Positions 10,285 through 23,800 of a stretch of 64,000 nt of DNA are shown one piece after another. Numbering within the stretch: position 1 is the stretch's first letter; each line of letters begins with the position of its first letter. Origin of the DNA: Takakia lepidozioides (lineage: Eukaryota; Plantae; Bryophyta); assembly GCA_030704615.1 (NCBI GenBank), contig CM060732.1:17856001-17920000 (forward strand), written 5' to 3'. The notes beneath the pieces are model-generated. The model made no database searches, was not told the origin of the DNA, and was given only the letters and a program-made list of their open reading frames with translations. Made by a program: the position numbers and the translations under genes.

Positions 10285-13255
10285 AGAGGGAGAGAGAGAG
10301 GGAGTGAGAGAGGGAGTGAGAGGGAGAGATCAGGAAACCATAAATAAATAAAAATAAATGGGGGGGGGGGGGGGGGTGGTGTGACTAAGCAGCTGCTCGG
10401 GTCCCCCCCCCCCACATTTTTTTTTCCTTTGTTGCCCCCTCTCTCCCTTTGTCTCCCTCTCTACTGGGAACTGGCAGTTTGCTATCAGTGTTGATTTCCT
10501 GTTTTTTCACCCATAACGCATGAAGTTTTGACAAAGGCTCATCCATCCTCTATCGGCTTTTTCATCCATATCGGATGAACCACCAGGATGGACACTCAAT
10601 TACCTTTAGCATGGTTTTTTGGCTTATTTCATTCCTCCTTTATTGACTCTCATCCACACCGGATGAGTAACCATGGAATGAAAAAATTACCTCTATGAAG
10701 GTTGCCAACAACATCATTTTTTTCATCCATACCGGTTGAAAAACTATCAGGATAATAATTTTTTTCATTCCTCTTTCATTGACTCTTTTTATCCATACAG
10801 GATGGTCTGGTGAGGACTGATGGAATTACCTAGATGGAGGTAAACCGCTGCCACGGATGATATTCCCTACTTTTCATCCTGACATAAGTGATCTGTTTAT
10901 GGATGACGTGATTATGGCCTGGAATTGATCATTACTACCCCTAATTATGATTTATTACGACGGAAACCCTAACCCCTACCCTAAAACCTATTTTTAACCC
11001 TGCTGCGGATGAAATCTGTCAGGGTAGAAGGATGTGTCCTACTGCTTTTCATCCACGGATGAAAAATCGGGGGAAAAAAAACCCTATGTTGTCTCTCCCG
11101 CTGTCAGAAGCACGCGATGTGCTTCTGAGCTCGCGGGGAGAGTGTTATGGCGGACGTGCTTTGGTGGCTGCCCCGTTTGTGGTGTCCTACCCATGCTGGA
11201 CGAGCGCCTTGTCTCTCTTGCAGCGGGAAACACCGTTGTGAATGCAGTGGCATCTTCCCTCCTCTAGCTTTTAAGTTTAGCAAGGGCATTTGTGCTGGGA
11301 AGTCTCTCTCCCTCATTTCTAGTGCCTTGCGATTGTGCCTGCTTTGCTTCATTGCTTATGTGCTTTGTGGAGGCGGCTTGCTGCGGGTGGTGATGGCGCA
11401 TAACCCTCTTCCCCAATCGCTTAAGGTGCCTTTGGAGTTTAGGGATCCTTATGTTCTTATCTTCTTCTCTTGCTTTTGAGTTTCTTGGTTGACATCGATG
11501 ACAAGTGTGAGGGTCTGAGATTCACCTGGGGTTCCACAATCCTCACTAATCTGTTGATTTTGTGGGGGCTTGTGATGGGACCAGGTGAGGATCCTCACCT
11601 ACTTTGAAGTTTCTTGAGCATGCAGATTGGGATATGGGCTGAGGAGACCTGTGGGTTATTGCGCTGTGAGGTGGCTCTTGTCTGTAGCCCCGATTTCAAC
11701 CCGACTGCTCCTGGTCCTGCCATCGATGGGCAGCTCGACCTGTCTGGCCTGTTTCCTTAGGCCTACATACAAACCATACCCTATCTTTTGATCTTTGACA
11801 GCAGGGCCTGTGGATTATTGAGCTAGGTTGGAAGTTCTTTGGGCCATAGAGGATCTGGTTTTATGTGGTATGTTTTTGGGTCTCTATGGACATGGTGGCC
11901 TTGAATGTTATGGCGGCAGCCTAATAAGGCACCGACCTGCTCCTTTTCGGGCATGTTTCTGATGTGTAATGGATCATAGTGAGGTGTTCTTTGCATGCTT
12001 AGCATATGCTTTAGCATGGACCTCTTGAAGGATGAGGGTGGTATGCTGCAATGGGATCCTACGTATAGTTTTGGCTTTGTCATGACATCAGGCCTATGAC
12101 CTGCAATCTGGTTTTTTATATGCAATCTGGTTGTTCAAGTTGCTTGCGTGTACAAGTCTTGAATTTGCAATCTGACAGGTTGAATTCACATTCCCTTGAC
12201 ACCTTGTATGATCACATGTCTATTTCATCATGCCCAAGTAGGACTGCTTGGTGGCATATCTTGATTCTGACAAAGTGCAGGTTGGTCCTTATGCCTTGGC
12301 TGATGCATGACCTGCCGTAATTAATGGCTGAAAAGGTAAGATGACTCCACATTCACTTTGTGAGGAGGGTGAAAGCGTTGCCTTGTGTCCGGTATGTTCC
12401 ATCTCTTTCTCCTCCTTCATCGAACACGAATCCACCACACTGGAAGAATCATCAAGAACTCGTGCTCAGTTACAGACTGTACAGAATGAGACACCCGAAG
12501 AACGCGGGGATTTGGTCCACAGTTTTCCCTCCAATAACGTATAATCCGATTATAAGCAACAACGAGGTTACTAAGCATGGCGAACAGAATCACTATCCAT
12601 GACTCTGTTCTTTCTGTCATAGAAGAGTATCAAGACATCTGTGATCCCAAGAAAATTCTTCTAAGGTGTTGGAACTTCAGAACCACGTGCGATCGCGCGT
12701 TATTGAGTTGAGGAACAGATGAACTAATTTCATCCCACTGGGAGAAGTCTACCGGAAGGACTATTAAAGGACATTGAGAACATTGAGGATTATCTAGCTG
12801 GGAGTCATTTATATTTATATTTAGAATAAGACTAAAACGAAGAAGTCATACTACAATGCAACCTGTGGGTCATGCCCAAGATGTATGTGTGAAAACGTGT
12901 CTTGAAATGATAATAGGGCAGGCTGGACCATGGTACCTTGCCCTTTGCATGACCTCGGCACTTTATGCTCCTTCAATACATGACCTGCTGGTAAGGTATG
13001 TGTGTAGACTGAACCAAGAGGCCTTGCAGCCTGCACAATGGCAACAATATCTTATCTTGTCCCACACAAGAACAAACCCCGCCCTCCCACCCTGTTTTGT
13101 CTTGGATGATTGGGTGGTGTCATTTGGGATGATTTGACAAGACTGGAAGTGTGAGATAGTGCCCTATCTAGGGCTGTTTATGTCTTTAATTGACAATGAC
13201 CCTTATGGGTCTTGTCCATGACTTGACATGCGTGAATATCTTCCCACTCTCTCCT
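10285..13255 (+). repeat. Dispersed repeat, right (longer) arm of the inverted pair; further partial copies at about 14608-14680, 15912-16020, 38760-39190 and 39830-39990
   Basis: Direct sequence matches seen by eye. Contains repeated CATCC-N5-GGATG palindromes and a G-run/C-run motif. Confidence 0.85.
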
Positions 13256-16200
13256 CTCTCTTATTAATTTTTTCTACCCCCTCTTTCCCTCTGTGGTTTT
13301 TTTTTTTTTTGTGACTTATCCAGTCACTCTGCCAAGTTTTAGAGAGATCCTCAAAAATACCAGTCTGTAATCAGGTTATAATCTCCATGGGGGAGCCTGA
13401 AAGAATGTATGTGTTCTTAAAAAGGCTTACCCAATGCCTTACTTAATACATTCTAAACTGGTGAGGCATAAACAACACTGTCTGACTCTCCAAAAGGCCA
13501 GAAAACATGTTTGGAAAAATGCATCCAATGTCACACTTGCACCACCAAACCCTTGTCATCACAACCAGCCCGAACCATCACAATAAGGTCTGATTTCTAG
13601 GAGGCCCAGCCCATTTACTTCCCTGACTTAACAGATTTGGTTACCAAGAACCAGAAATCAAAGTAAAGGTTTAAGGCATATCCCCCTTGAAGCAGCTTTG
13701 AAGCAGAAAATTGCAACAACGGCAGCTTGCAGCATATCTTATCCCTCCTGCAGTAACCAGATCATCTGCAAGCCAAAGAGTTCATGCCAAGTGAAATCCC
13801 TCACTTGCGCCCGTCCCAAAAACAAACACAAAAAATGTTTTGTGCGTTAGTGAGAATGCGCGAGGTGAATTACAAGATTTCACAGTTGCTATCCATGTCA
13901 GGTATGAGCCATAAAGCATGCAAAGATCACACCAGCAGAAGAAAGGATAGATGTGACACCACAAAGAACCTCAATCTTTTGTGGAGTAGGACGCTGCAGT
14001 GTTCATCATCTGAATTTGAACGAACAAAACATAATGCAACGGGAGGAGAGTTGAGGACAGGTTGTATCTTGTAATACAGGCCGCTTCCCCACCTCCATAA
14101 CCGCCGCTGCTTCATCAATGAGGAAAAAACGTAGGCAAACACAAAAGTATGTCATTTGCCATCGCGGGAGATGAAAGTGTCTGCCGTCATCGCACGTTCA
14201 AAAAACAAGAACACACCCGTTCGGATCTTGCTGCTCGGGCAGTCAGCCGCCATCGAGCATTCGTCCGCCATCGCCCTCTTCCAGAGAAAAAAACATGCAC
14301 GATATCGTGCTGTGTCTAGGGCAGAGAGACACTTAAAGGAAAACCACCCGCGATTTCATCCACCATCCGGTATGGATGGTATCAGACCAGGATGAAAAAT
14401 GGGCATTCAATAGGTTTAAATCAAAGGAGCATAAACCTAAAATGCATTGAAATGCATATCTGCCTATAAATCATCCAGTTATGGTTATAACAGAAATTTC
14501 ATCCAGCATGGATGAAACCTTAAAAATTGGGATTAAAAATATATAGTATTTCCAAAATAAGTATTGTGGATTTTTATATTTTTTTGATAATCCCAAACAA
14601 GTAGTTGGAGAGAGGGAAGATACTATGTCTTGTCTGGACATGGACAGGACCAAACATGGTCATTGTCAATTTTTACGACAAATCAACCTCATGAAGAGGC
14701 ATTATCAGTCAAACTCCACTTCAAATCAAATCTTATGATGACCTCCATTACATTTCAAAGACAAAGAATCTACCTGGTAGATTTCAATGACAAGAAAATA
14801 CGGGTGGGAGGGTGGGATTACTTAGAAGATCCCCTCCTTATAATAATCCAACTTTATATTCTAAGGAACAGTATGCTAAACAAGTGTTCAGCCTGTTTTT
14901 ATGCCTGTTTTAGAATTATAAGCTATGGGTGGCATCTAAGCAAACAATTAAATGTTTACCTATATCATGCAATAGTACTGCTCATCTGGAACCCAAAAGT
15001 TCCAGCTATTTTCCATTAATCACACAACCGGGATATTAAATCATTTGGTTACTTGATAAGATAACCAATTTTTTAATAACAAAAACCGAGAGCTTATCTG
15101 CTACATTTTAAGAACTTCTTGTAAACATGACACAGAGTCAAAACTCATTGCATTGTTTAGTAAGCTTGATTTCCCAGAACTTCTTTCTACTGCAGTGTTC
15201 TGTATCAGAATATGCCATAGCTAGCAAAAAACACACAGCTATCTTTTTTGTAACATAAAATCCAGAGCCATGTTGTAGGTTAATCAGTCTTTGATTACCA
15301 AGCAACAGCAGGGGCTTCTCTTTAAAACAACCAGACCTGGTTTAGGTTTGGGGTCATTATGTTACAACCTTGACAAGGTGTTTGCACAAACACAACTGTA
15401 TACAATCTGTAATTACAGAGTGACATGAAGAGGTAGCAGGTTATTTACCTTAGCAGATTGTATGCAAGGTAAAAAGGAAAGGGGGTTCAGACATCCACAG
15501 AGGTTCCATATATTGAGCACATAAAGGCATACAAGGCTCAGTATAAACCATATGCAAGCTCTAGCCTCTCCCCTACCGTGTTGCTTGAAAGTGTACATAT
15601 CAGAGTAGCAAATCGTGCTCTAAGCATGAAAAAAGAGCATATATTTGGTCTGGAAACCCTACTTCCAGTACCATATTTCAATGCAGCGGAAATCATAACC
15701 CAGAGTCCTTAATAGAATTCATGTGTTCTAAAAAGGCTCACTAATGCACTTGCTGCTTCAACACATAGATAAAGGTTGTAAGCATATCCAGATTGGTCAT
15801 GTAGTGAGGCAAAAATGAGACATCTCCCTGGATAATCAGCTGATGTCGATGTCACTTCACTTGCAGGTTTGTCATTAGATTCAAGCTTCAAAAATCACAT
15901 TAAGTGAGGACCCTCACCTGGTCCCATCACAAGCCCCCACAAGAACCAACAGGTTAGTGAGAATTGTGGAACCCCAGGTGAATCGGGTCTCACGCTTGTT
16001 ATCGCTGTACAACATGAGTTCTAAAGCAAGAATCATTGATAATGAGTGCAGATGGTTGAGAGGCTCCGCGAGTGGGCAAAGCTCTCCTTGCTTGAAAAGC
16101 AATTGAACCAGACTCAACCATGGACAATGTCTTCAGAACAGGTATACATTGGAGGCAAAGACAGCCAAATGTTTTTATAGTAGTATGCTCGTAGCAAGCA

Positions 16201-17173
16201 AATTGACTCATAGCCCTGATTGGGTCCAATGCAGGAAAAAAGGTACCGAGGAGGGACATACTACCAAGCAGACGCACTACAATTCGGAGCTTTGATTTGC
16301 TGCTCCAGATTGCAGCACTGGTTGTCTTCAATGCATTCTGAGTGTATTAGGTCTTTAATTAAAATATGTAACCAGTGGTTCGTTTATTCAGTAGGCAGTT
16401 TATGTGGTATCCTTCACTAATGTGATTTAGGTCAATTTGTGAGTGTCATGTAACTCTTTCAGCAATATGAACTAGAAACATGTCGTCCCGTATACATGTC
16501 TTTGTGTTTGGAAGGTGAAATTCATTGAAGCTACAAAGGACCCCTGGAATATAGGAGGTAGGTATTATAGTTTTTTGCAACTATTACAACCACCAAGAAT
16601 TATGTCTCCATTCTTTCAGTCAACATAAACTAGGTTAAGAATGCGGTGATGGCAGTGCAGGAGCTGGTGGAGTTCACTCAAGCACATCCACGATTTTGGG
16701 ACTTATACAGTTTTCCTTCCTACCATCAGGTACGGTTCTTGCATTTCCTCCTTTGTACTCAGATTGTACCAATGACCTATATGTACAAAAGAGAACTATT
16801 TTTTCTCAATGTCTGGCTAACAGCTTATCAGAAAGACTGTTTTGTTTCATTGATCTTGATTACTACAACTGAATTGAGGTGAAAGTTGGCACACCCACAC
16901 TTCAGACTATTTCTCCCTTCCTTGAAGTTTCGAGCAATCCACTTCAGAATGAAATCGCATGAGAATTTCCAACAATTTTTGCAGGCCTCTCCTCTCTTGA
17001 ATAACTCTATTTTGAGGTGCCTCTGTCATATGGTTCCACATGGTGCGCTACGCAGAAAATGAAGACAACACTGATTGTCTTCTACTCCAAGGAGCCCTAG
17101 TTTGATCTTCACCGGGAGTTGGAAAAGCCCATTGGAGATATTGTATGTTGGGAGACATAGAACGCACTTAATG

Positions 17174-18050
17174 CACTACAACAAAAAGCGGCTTTTACGT
17201 CTCTGTGTTATGACTGCAAATGCAGTCATGGAAGCCATTTACGACTTCCTGACTCTGAAGACGTAAAGACCTAGTCAGTTGTGACATGGCAGATATGACT
17301 CTCCAGGCTGGCTGTCACGTGGCGCCAGAGCAGCTGTGGGGGTAGTCATACACGCTGGCATTACTGAATGACTGAACGGACAGTGTAGTCCATGTCAGCC
17401 GCGGTGTCAGACAGACATGTGGTGGCTACAGAACATGCCACGTGTCAGACTGCGACGGCAGCCCTCACTGCCAGCTATGACAGCGGACGAGGGAATTAAA
17501 CGACAGCACGTGTCGCGTCATAGAAGAAACGCGTGGTGCGACATATCATTGCCACGTGTCACTATGGGGGACGGGGCTTCGCAGTCACATGTATGTCTTC
17601 ATGGGGGGAAATTTGGGGTCAACACGTGGCAGCATCTGGGGACACCATATGCCACGTTCGTGTGTGCCCACGTGCTGGACTTTCGAGAGCTGTGGTGGAT
17701 TCTTGCCAGTCATACCTACGACTGGCGCAGTACGGTATATTCCATGAACAGGGGATTCCATGAGGACATTGTAGTCCCAGGTGGTGCCACGTGCACGATC
17801 CTCTAAACCTCACGTGCTGCTTTGTAGACATACATTTGACTGGACGTTCTGCATATGGAGTCATAGGACCAACTGCGCGGGGACCTTAGGGGGTCACGTG
17901 TCGGAATGTAATATGCTCATACACGTATCATATTGGGTTCGGTACTCATGGTTATGACTCTAGACGGACACGTGGATATGCCACAGAGGCAGCCAATAGG
18001 GTGCCACGTGCATGTGCCATACAACATCACAATCATGTATACAGCAAGAC
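17174..18050. mobile_element. CACTA terminus (CACTACAACAAAAAGCGG) with subterminal ATGAC/GTCAT/CACGTG repeats; the 3' end relative to the TnpA-like gene
   Basis: CACTACAACA at 17174, followed by dense short direct and inverted motifs. Confidence 0.8.
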
Positions 18051-18393
18051 TTTAGGCACAGAAGTGGCACAAAAGTGGCACAGACGTAATTCTGAAAGAC
18101 CACAATAGCAGCAACATCACCATCCAGCATCACCATTATCAACCACATATGAACAACAACAACATAACCAACCATAGTGTGTGCAATGGGGACATACCAC
18201 CTACCATCACATTGCTCATTAATGAGGCATAAGTTTGCAACAACATGCATGAGAAAATCCAACATGTGATTGCTATCAAAATTGGACAGTCAATTCAGAG
18301 AAACTGTCACTACTATAAGTTACCGTAGTTGCCAAATCCGGATGAGGCACAGGTGGAAATCCCCAAGAAATCCACGATGCTAGCCGACCTGCC

Positions 18394-18770
18394 TCATCTC
18401 TTTGTCTGCAAGGTCTTCACTAGTTTGTCACTCCACACAGTAATGTAACCTACAGTGTCTCCCAACTCAGTGTGATGAGGCTTCATGGATTTGTTGTGAT
18501 ATGGTAGAGGGGCATTGGGAATGCGGACATCATCAATGTGGATGGCCACATAGCCTTCTGGCACAACAGGGTACCCTTCACTCACCTCCATCCCTTGGAG
18601 ACCAGCAATGCGGCCAGATCCGGCTGTTGATCGCGAAACAGTGTCTATGAGCTTGACATGGTCTCCCACCACGAACTGCCATCCCAGCCCAAACATGGCA
18701 GATTGCATGAGAATTGTGGAACATGGATCGTGGAATGTATTGTGTCTACAAGGTCTACAAGGAGCTAACA
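18394..18770 (-). CDS. C-terminal En/Spm Tnp1-like (Transposase_23/DUF8039-type) domain exon
   Basis: VPEGYVAIHIDDVRIPNAPLPY...ELGDTVGYITVW. Confidence 0.65.
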
Positions 18771-19169
18771 ACAATTTGTCTATCCAGGTCGGGAAGGGGA
18801 GAATAGCAGATGCATACACTTACCCCATTCTGCGAATCAGGGATCAGTGGTGTCGGCTTCCTCAAAGGGTGAAGGTGTGCTGCCCTTTGATTGGGGGGCC
18901 TCGTTTGTGGCCAAGCACCTACAACCAACCAACAAGCACCAAAAATGTATATTATCTACACTGGGAACTCAAATTACACTAACACAATAAGATGCACCCA
19001 AACTGTCAATGCCTACAGTTGACACTGCGACAGTAATTTGACAAACTCTATCACAACATGTTTTACTGCCACAACTTAAGCACAAATGAGGCTGGCAATG
19101 GCACAAGGGAGTCACACAAAATGCCTCTAATGTCTGGCACTGTGTACCACACTACAAAGTATGTTACCT

Positions 19170-19792
19170 GGCGAGGCTGAATGGCTCGAGGGCTGATAGC
19201 TTGTTGCCCAAATGTGGGTTGCCCTTTGAGATATTCTGGAATGCTCGGAGCCTTAGCTGCCCCCTCCAAGAAGGGCCATAAGCTGGTCAGAAGGAAATTA
19301 TCATTGTGCGCCTCTACAGAACGACTTCTCCAAGGCAGTGGGAAATGGCGATGTTGCTGGATTTTTTGACCCCTTGTGCGGTGTGTCGTCAACAAGAAGA
19401 GTGGTTTTAGGATTCCAGACACAGTTGTCCCGCCACACTGTAGATAGGTTCTTCAGAAACCGTGGTTTCATGGGCAGGCTCCCATCCATGTCAGTGGACT
19501 GCTCACAATATCCCCCATCCCACTTGAATGCAAGGTCACGGTGCCCATGGAAAAGCCAGTCCACTGTGGGTAGGAAGTTACGTGGTTGCATACAAGACCA
19601 TGCTGCCACTTCAAAGTGTTCGAAACACTTGTCCAAAAAAGCTTTGCAACCAGGCCTTACAACGACCATCTTGCTACCACATAATTTGTGCTCAAGGCCA
19701 TTTGGAACCACAAACGCATTACCGCTCCCGACATGGACGCACTCACACAGCAATCCATTAATATCTAGGATGAGCAAATGCTTGCCCTTCTC
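19170..19792 (-). CDS. FCP1-homology/NIF (HAD superfamily) domain, plant LD(L/I)NGLL subtype; one frameshift at about 19350
   Basis: KHLLILDINGLL, RPGCKAFLDKCFEHFEVAAWS, FLKNLSTVW and TLLVDDTPHK..NP; then, in the next frame, PEYLKGQPTFGQQAIS. Confidence 0.85.
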
Positions 19793-20825
19793 TGTCGCGC
19801 GGCTTTTACTCACCCATCCCTTCGCTATCCGAGGCGGAAACTCCAAGATAGAAGAGTTGGAAATCTCTAAGTACTCAGCCCGCGCAAAACAATCAGTCAT
19901 GACCTACAGCTAGTGTATCATGGGGGTGTTTCCTATTTGTTTCCCTTTTCGCATTCATCTTAGCTACCTTACCATTGATAATTAAGTATTAGTTTGCTTC
20001 ATCAATCTATCGGTTTCCTTCACTCATCCATTCAATCCACAGCTTCACTCAGATCTCTCTACACAGTGTGATTGTATCGTGTAAGTATCAGATTATGATT
20101 TATCAGGTATCAGGCCGAAGCCATTATGTCTCTAATCTGCTCTACAATATCACTACCGCTTTGCATATAACAAGCATCTACTAATCCTCTTTCCTCCTTC
20201 ACCGTGCTCTCCATCTTTTTCTTCCGATCTCCGCTCCAGCCTGACTAAGAAGTCCTCCTCCGAATAATGATCCCCCTCAATTCCCCGTTTTTCCCTTTAT
20301 CTTCCTATCCGCAGTTCTAACCGTTTCCCTCACTAACCGTCGTCTGTGAACTAACATGTTCCCTTCGCAGGTGTTGTTCCCCACAGTCGTTCCCTGTCCT
20401 ACTCTTCGTTCCCTATGATCGTGACAGCTGTGTCAAGCTGTGACTGGCTGTGTGAAACTGTGACGGGCTGTGACTGGCTGTGCGGGCTGTGACGACTGTG
20501 ACGGGCTGTGGGGGCTGTGTGGGCTGTGACGGGCTGTGTTGGCTGTGTGGGCTGTGACACTGTGACGGGCTGTGTGGGCTGTGTGGGCTGTGACGACTGT
20601 GACGGCTGTGTGGGCTGTGTGGGCTGTGACGGGCTGTGTTGGCTGTGTGGGCTGTGACGACTGTGACGGGCTGTGTGGGCTGTGTGGGCTGTGATGACTG
20701 TGTAACCCCCCTCTACAGTGCGCTGCTGTCACCCCTAAGGCTCCTGTTGGTCTCAGTCTGTGCAAAAATTAAGGGTACCCTACAGATCCCGTATAAGTGT
20801 CTAAGTCCCCTACAGTCCTCTAACA
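19793..20825 (-). repeat. 3' LTR (1033 bp) with an internal GGCTGTG/GTGAC minisatellite
   Basis: Near-identical to 32094-33100: about 3 substitutions seen outside the minisatellite. The PPT (plus strand TTACCCCTTCCCCCCTC) is at 20826-20842. Confidence 0.95.
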
Positions 20826-20863
20826 TTACCCCTTCCCCCCTCAAAAAGCCGTGTCCTCACGGT

Positions 20864-23800
20864 TTACTGTTTCCGAGTAGCAAACCTTTGTGAGTGAGCA
20901 CCTTGTTGACGTTGAGAGTTTCGTGGCGGACTGTGTGTACGAGCCCGAGGTCTGTCTCTGGTTGACGGAGATGGTTGATCACTACCTGGATAAGTGAGGC
21001 CCTCTGGAGGCTGATATCGAGGTAACCTTTCCGGCATAGGAGACCCCCGTCGCTTCTTTTCTGCCATCTGAATTGCATAGTCTTCTCCCATGTCAAAAGA
21101 ATTCTGTGAAGAAACAGTTGTATCAGAATCCTCATCACCTCTCAGATGTTTTAATTTTCGAACTTTTGTGGAATCATCTGGGGCATACAATGCTGTCCTA
21201 CCATGTCTGGAAGTTTGCATTTTACAACTTGGTGTAACCGCTGAACAGCAAAATTGGTGTAGACACTGAGCTCCTTGTCTGTCCAGGTGAGTGGGGTACC
21301 AATTACTGGTGCAGCGTGCAAGTACTTCCATGCCACATGTCCCTTATAGAAAATGTCATCAAGTCCGAATTTCTGTGTTGACAAATGGTTGCAGGCTGCT
21401 TGAAACCATGAACGAATTTGAGAATCCTTTTGCATCATAACTTTTGGGTCATATAGGTACATATGAGGTGGCACCGAAGGTAATACCCAATGATCTCCAC
21501 TGGAATAACTTTGAAAGCGTGTTTGCATCTTTTGTTGCTCAATGTGGTAACGTACCAGAAAACAAGCAGCGTAGTATAGCCCGCACCCCATGACAATACT
21601 TGCTATCTCCTTGGTCTTGGTATAAATGAGTCCATGTACAACCTGGAAAGCAACCAATTCCCTCAACATGGTACCTGCCTCGTGCCAGTATTGTGCAAAG
21701 TGATGATCTTCAATATGTCGATTGTTTGGAAGAACTTTAGTCCTAGTTGCCACTGGCAGCCAAATACGCATGATTTGGTAGTAATGTGCGAATGACTGCG
21801 GAGGACTAAATTCTTTCCAAGCCAAATCCAACATGATGGGAATTTGGTTGAAGGGCATAAGCATAGCCCTGCTGTACTCCCTTGCAGCTGGAGTTTTAGG
21901 TGGGTTAAAAGCGGCATTGCCCCATACCTCCGGCTGTGGTGGCTGTGGTGTGGTTGTAGTAACCACAGGTTCAGCTACTGGTACATGACCTGTTGTGGTG
22001 GTGGTGGTACTGGCTCCTGTATCATTGGCATCTCCTGCACCTCCTGTGAAGACTGAAAAGCCAGAGTTCTGGCTTGCAAATAAGAAGCCATTAGCTGTTC
22101 CTGAGGGATATAGACTCTTTGGTCGATGTTTGAAGTGAGGTCTTCCACTTGAGTCTGGAGTCCGTCTACATCCTCTTGTAACTCTGCTATCCTACTATAG
22201 ACATTGTCTATAGTAGTTGTGGCAATGTTCTGCACCTGCAGTCTGAGCTCATTCATCTCGCTTTGGGTGAGCTTCCGTGGGCTTTTGCCCTCTACTGGCC
22301 CTTGTGCTAACCAGACCTGCATAAGGCTGTTATCCACCAAGCTGCTTGTGGTTCCCCTGAGAGTTTGCTCCTCTCTTAGCTTGTACAATTCCAACTGCTG
22401 TTGTAAAGCCTCCATGCGCTTCGCCTGTGGCTCAACCAATTGCGCATAGGCAGCAAGTAGATTATTGGCTTCCTTCCAAGCCTTGTTACTGACCGCGATT
22501 TCATTTCTATTGGCCACGATGGTTTGTTGCAACTCCACGATGTGTTTCTCTTGATCAGCTTCCATCTGCCTGTATTGCTTGAAAGTATCTTCATTGCGAC
22601 AGATTGTATTCTTCATATCGACAATGAGCTTCATTTGCTCAACATTCTCTTCTTCTGCCTTCGTACATTTTTCCGCTTGACTGTTTATTTCTTTTGTAGA
22701 TTGGTCAAGCATAGTTGTAAATGTAGCACATTGTATCGCCATCCTGTTATGCACTGTCTGCAACTCCGTATGTAGTGCATTCAGTTCTTGCAACTTGCTT
22801 TCATGCTGCACCTGCATTTGGTATAGCTGTTGCTTATGTGCTTCGTGCAACTGGTCTTGCGCGAGGCCTGCCTCAATCAATTGTTGCTTGGCCAATTGCA
22901 AAGCCATTTCTGTATTGCCCAAGTCCTGCTTCATCTTGAGAGTGACCTCTTCATCGACCTTGTTTGCACACTCAGTGGCAAGTCGAGCCTCAAACTCCTT
23001 CCTGAGTTCCTCTTTCAAGGCTGTCAATTGGGTAATTGGAACATGGGATTTGACATAAGTCCCCAACAAATTAAGTGTCCTGCCTATGGAACTCATCAGC
23101 ATTGCCTGTTGAGGGTCATCATGGTGAGGTTGCTGCTGTTCCTCCTGATCTTCAACAGTATGATGTCTCACTAACCATTCAGGCCATTGTCCCACCGGAT
23201 TTTCTTCCTGAACTACTTCATCTATCACCGGTGCTACAGTGTCATGACCTTCCGCCTGTGGTACCTCCGACACAGGTGTGTGTATTATATGCACCTCAGG
23301 ATTTCCCTTGGGCAACTGTTGCACCTCTGGATTTCTGTCTCCTTGACCAGACCAGAATATTCATAGAGAAGGTCCCCTTTCTCTATTTCTGCCACTATCT
23401 GTTCTGTAGTTGGAATATCTATCCCTTCACTTTCCAAATCAATTATTTCGGGTTGAGCTGCATGGATAACTTGTGACCTTGTGACAAGTCGTTCAAGTGG
23501 CTGTGTTGGCTGTGATGCAGAAGTAACTTCCTCCTCCCTCTCTGAAGGTCCTGCTTCCAGTAATAGCATTTGTCTGTGCTGCTGTGCCCCTTCCTGGCCA
23601 TGAGCTTGGGAAACATTATCATGCGGAATCCGTGAAGCCAGTGGATCCGCCACTACAGTCTTTCCCCTTCTCTGCCTCTTAGTCTCGGGTTGTGCTGCTA
23701 GTCCACCCTCACTGTGTGAAGAGCCTTGCTCTTCCATTGCAGTTGTTTCTGGCTCAAACACTCCCATTTCCTTCCTTTCTTGTGCATTAAGTATGCCAGA

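Noticed and set aside
19793-19900. N-terminus of the 199-aa ORF 19301-19900 as a standalone phosphatase gene
   Set aside because: The first ~36 codons are LTR sequence; the true upstream part lies at 33101 and beyond.
20433-20893. ORFs within the LTR minisatellite (also 32714-33138)
   Set aside because: Open frames arise from a low-complexity repeat lacking stop codons.
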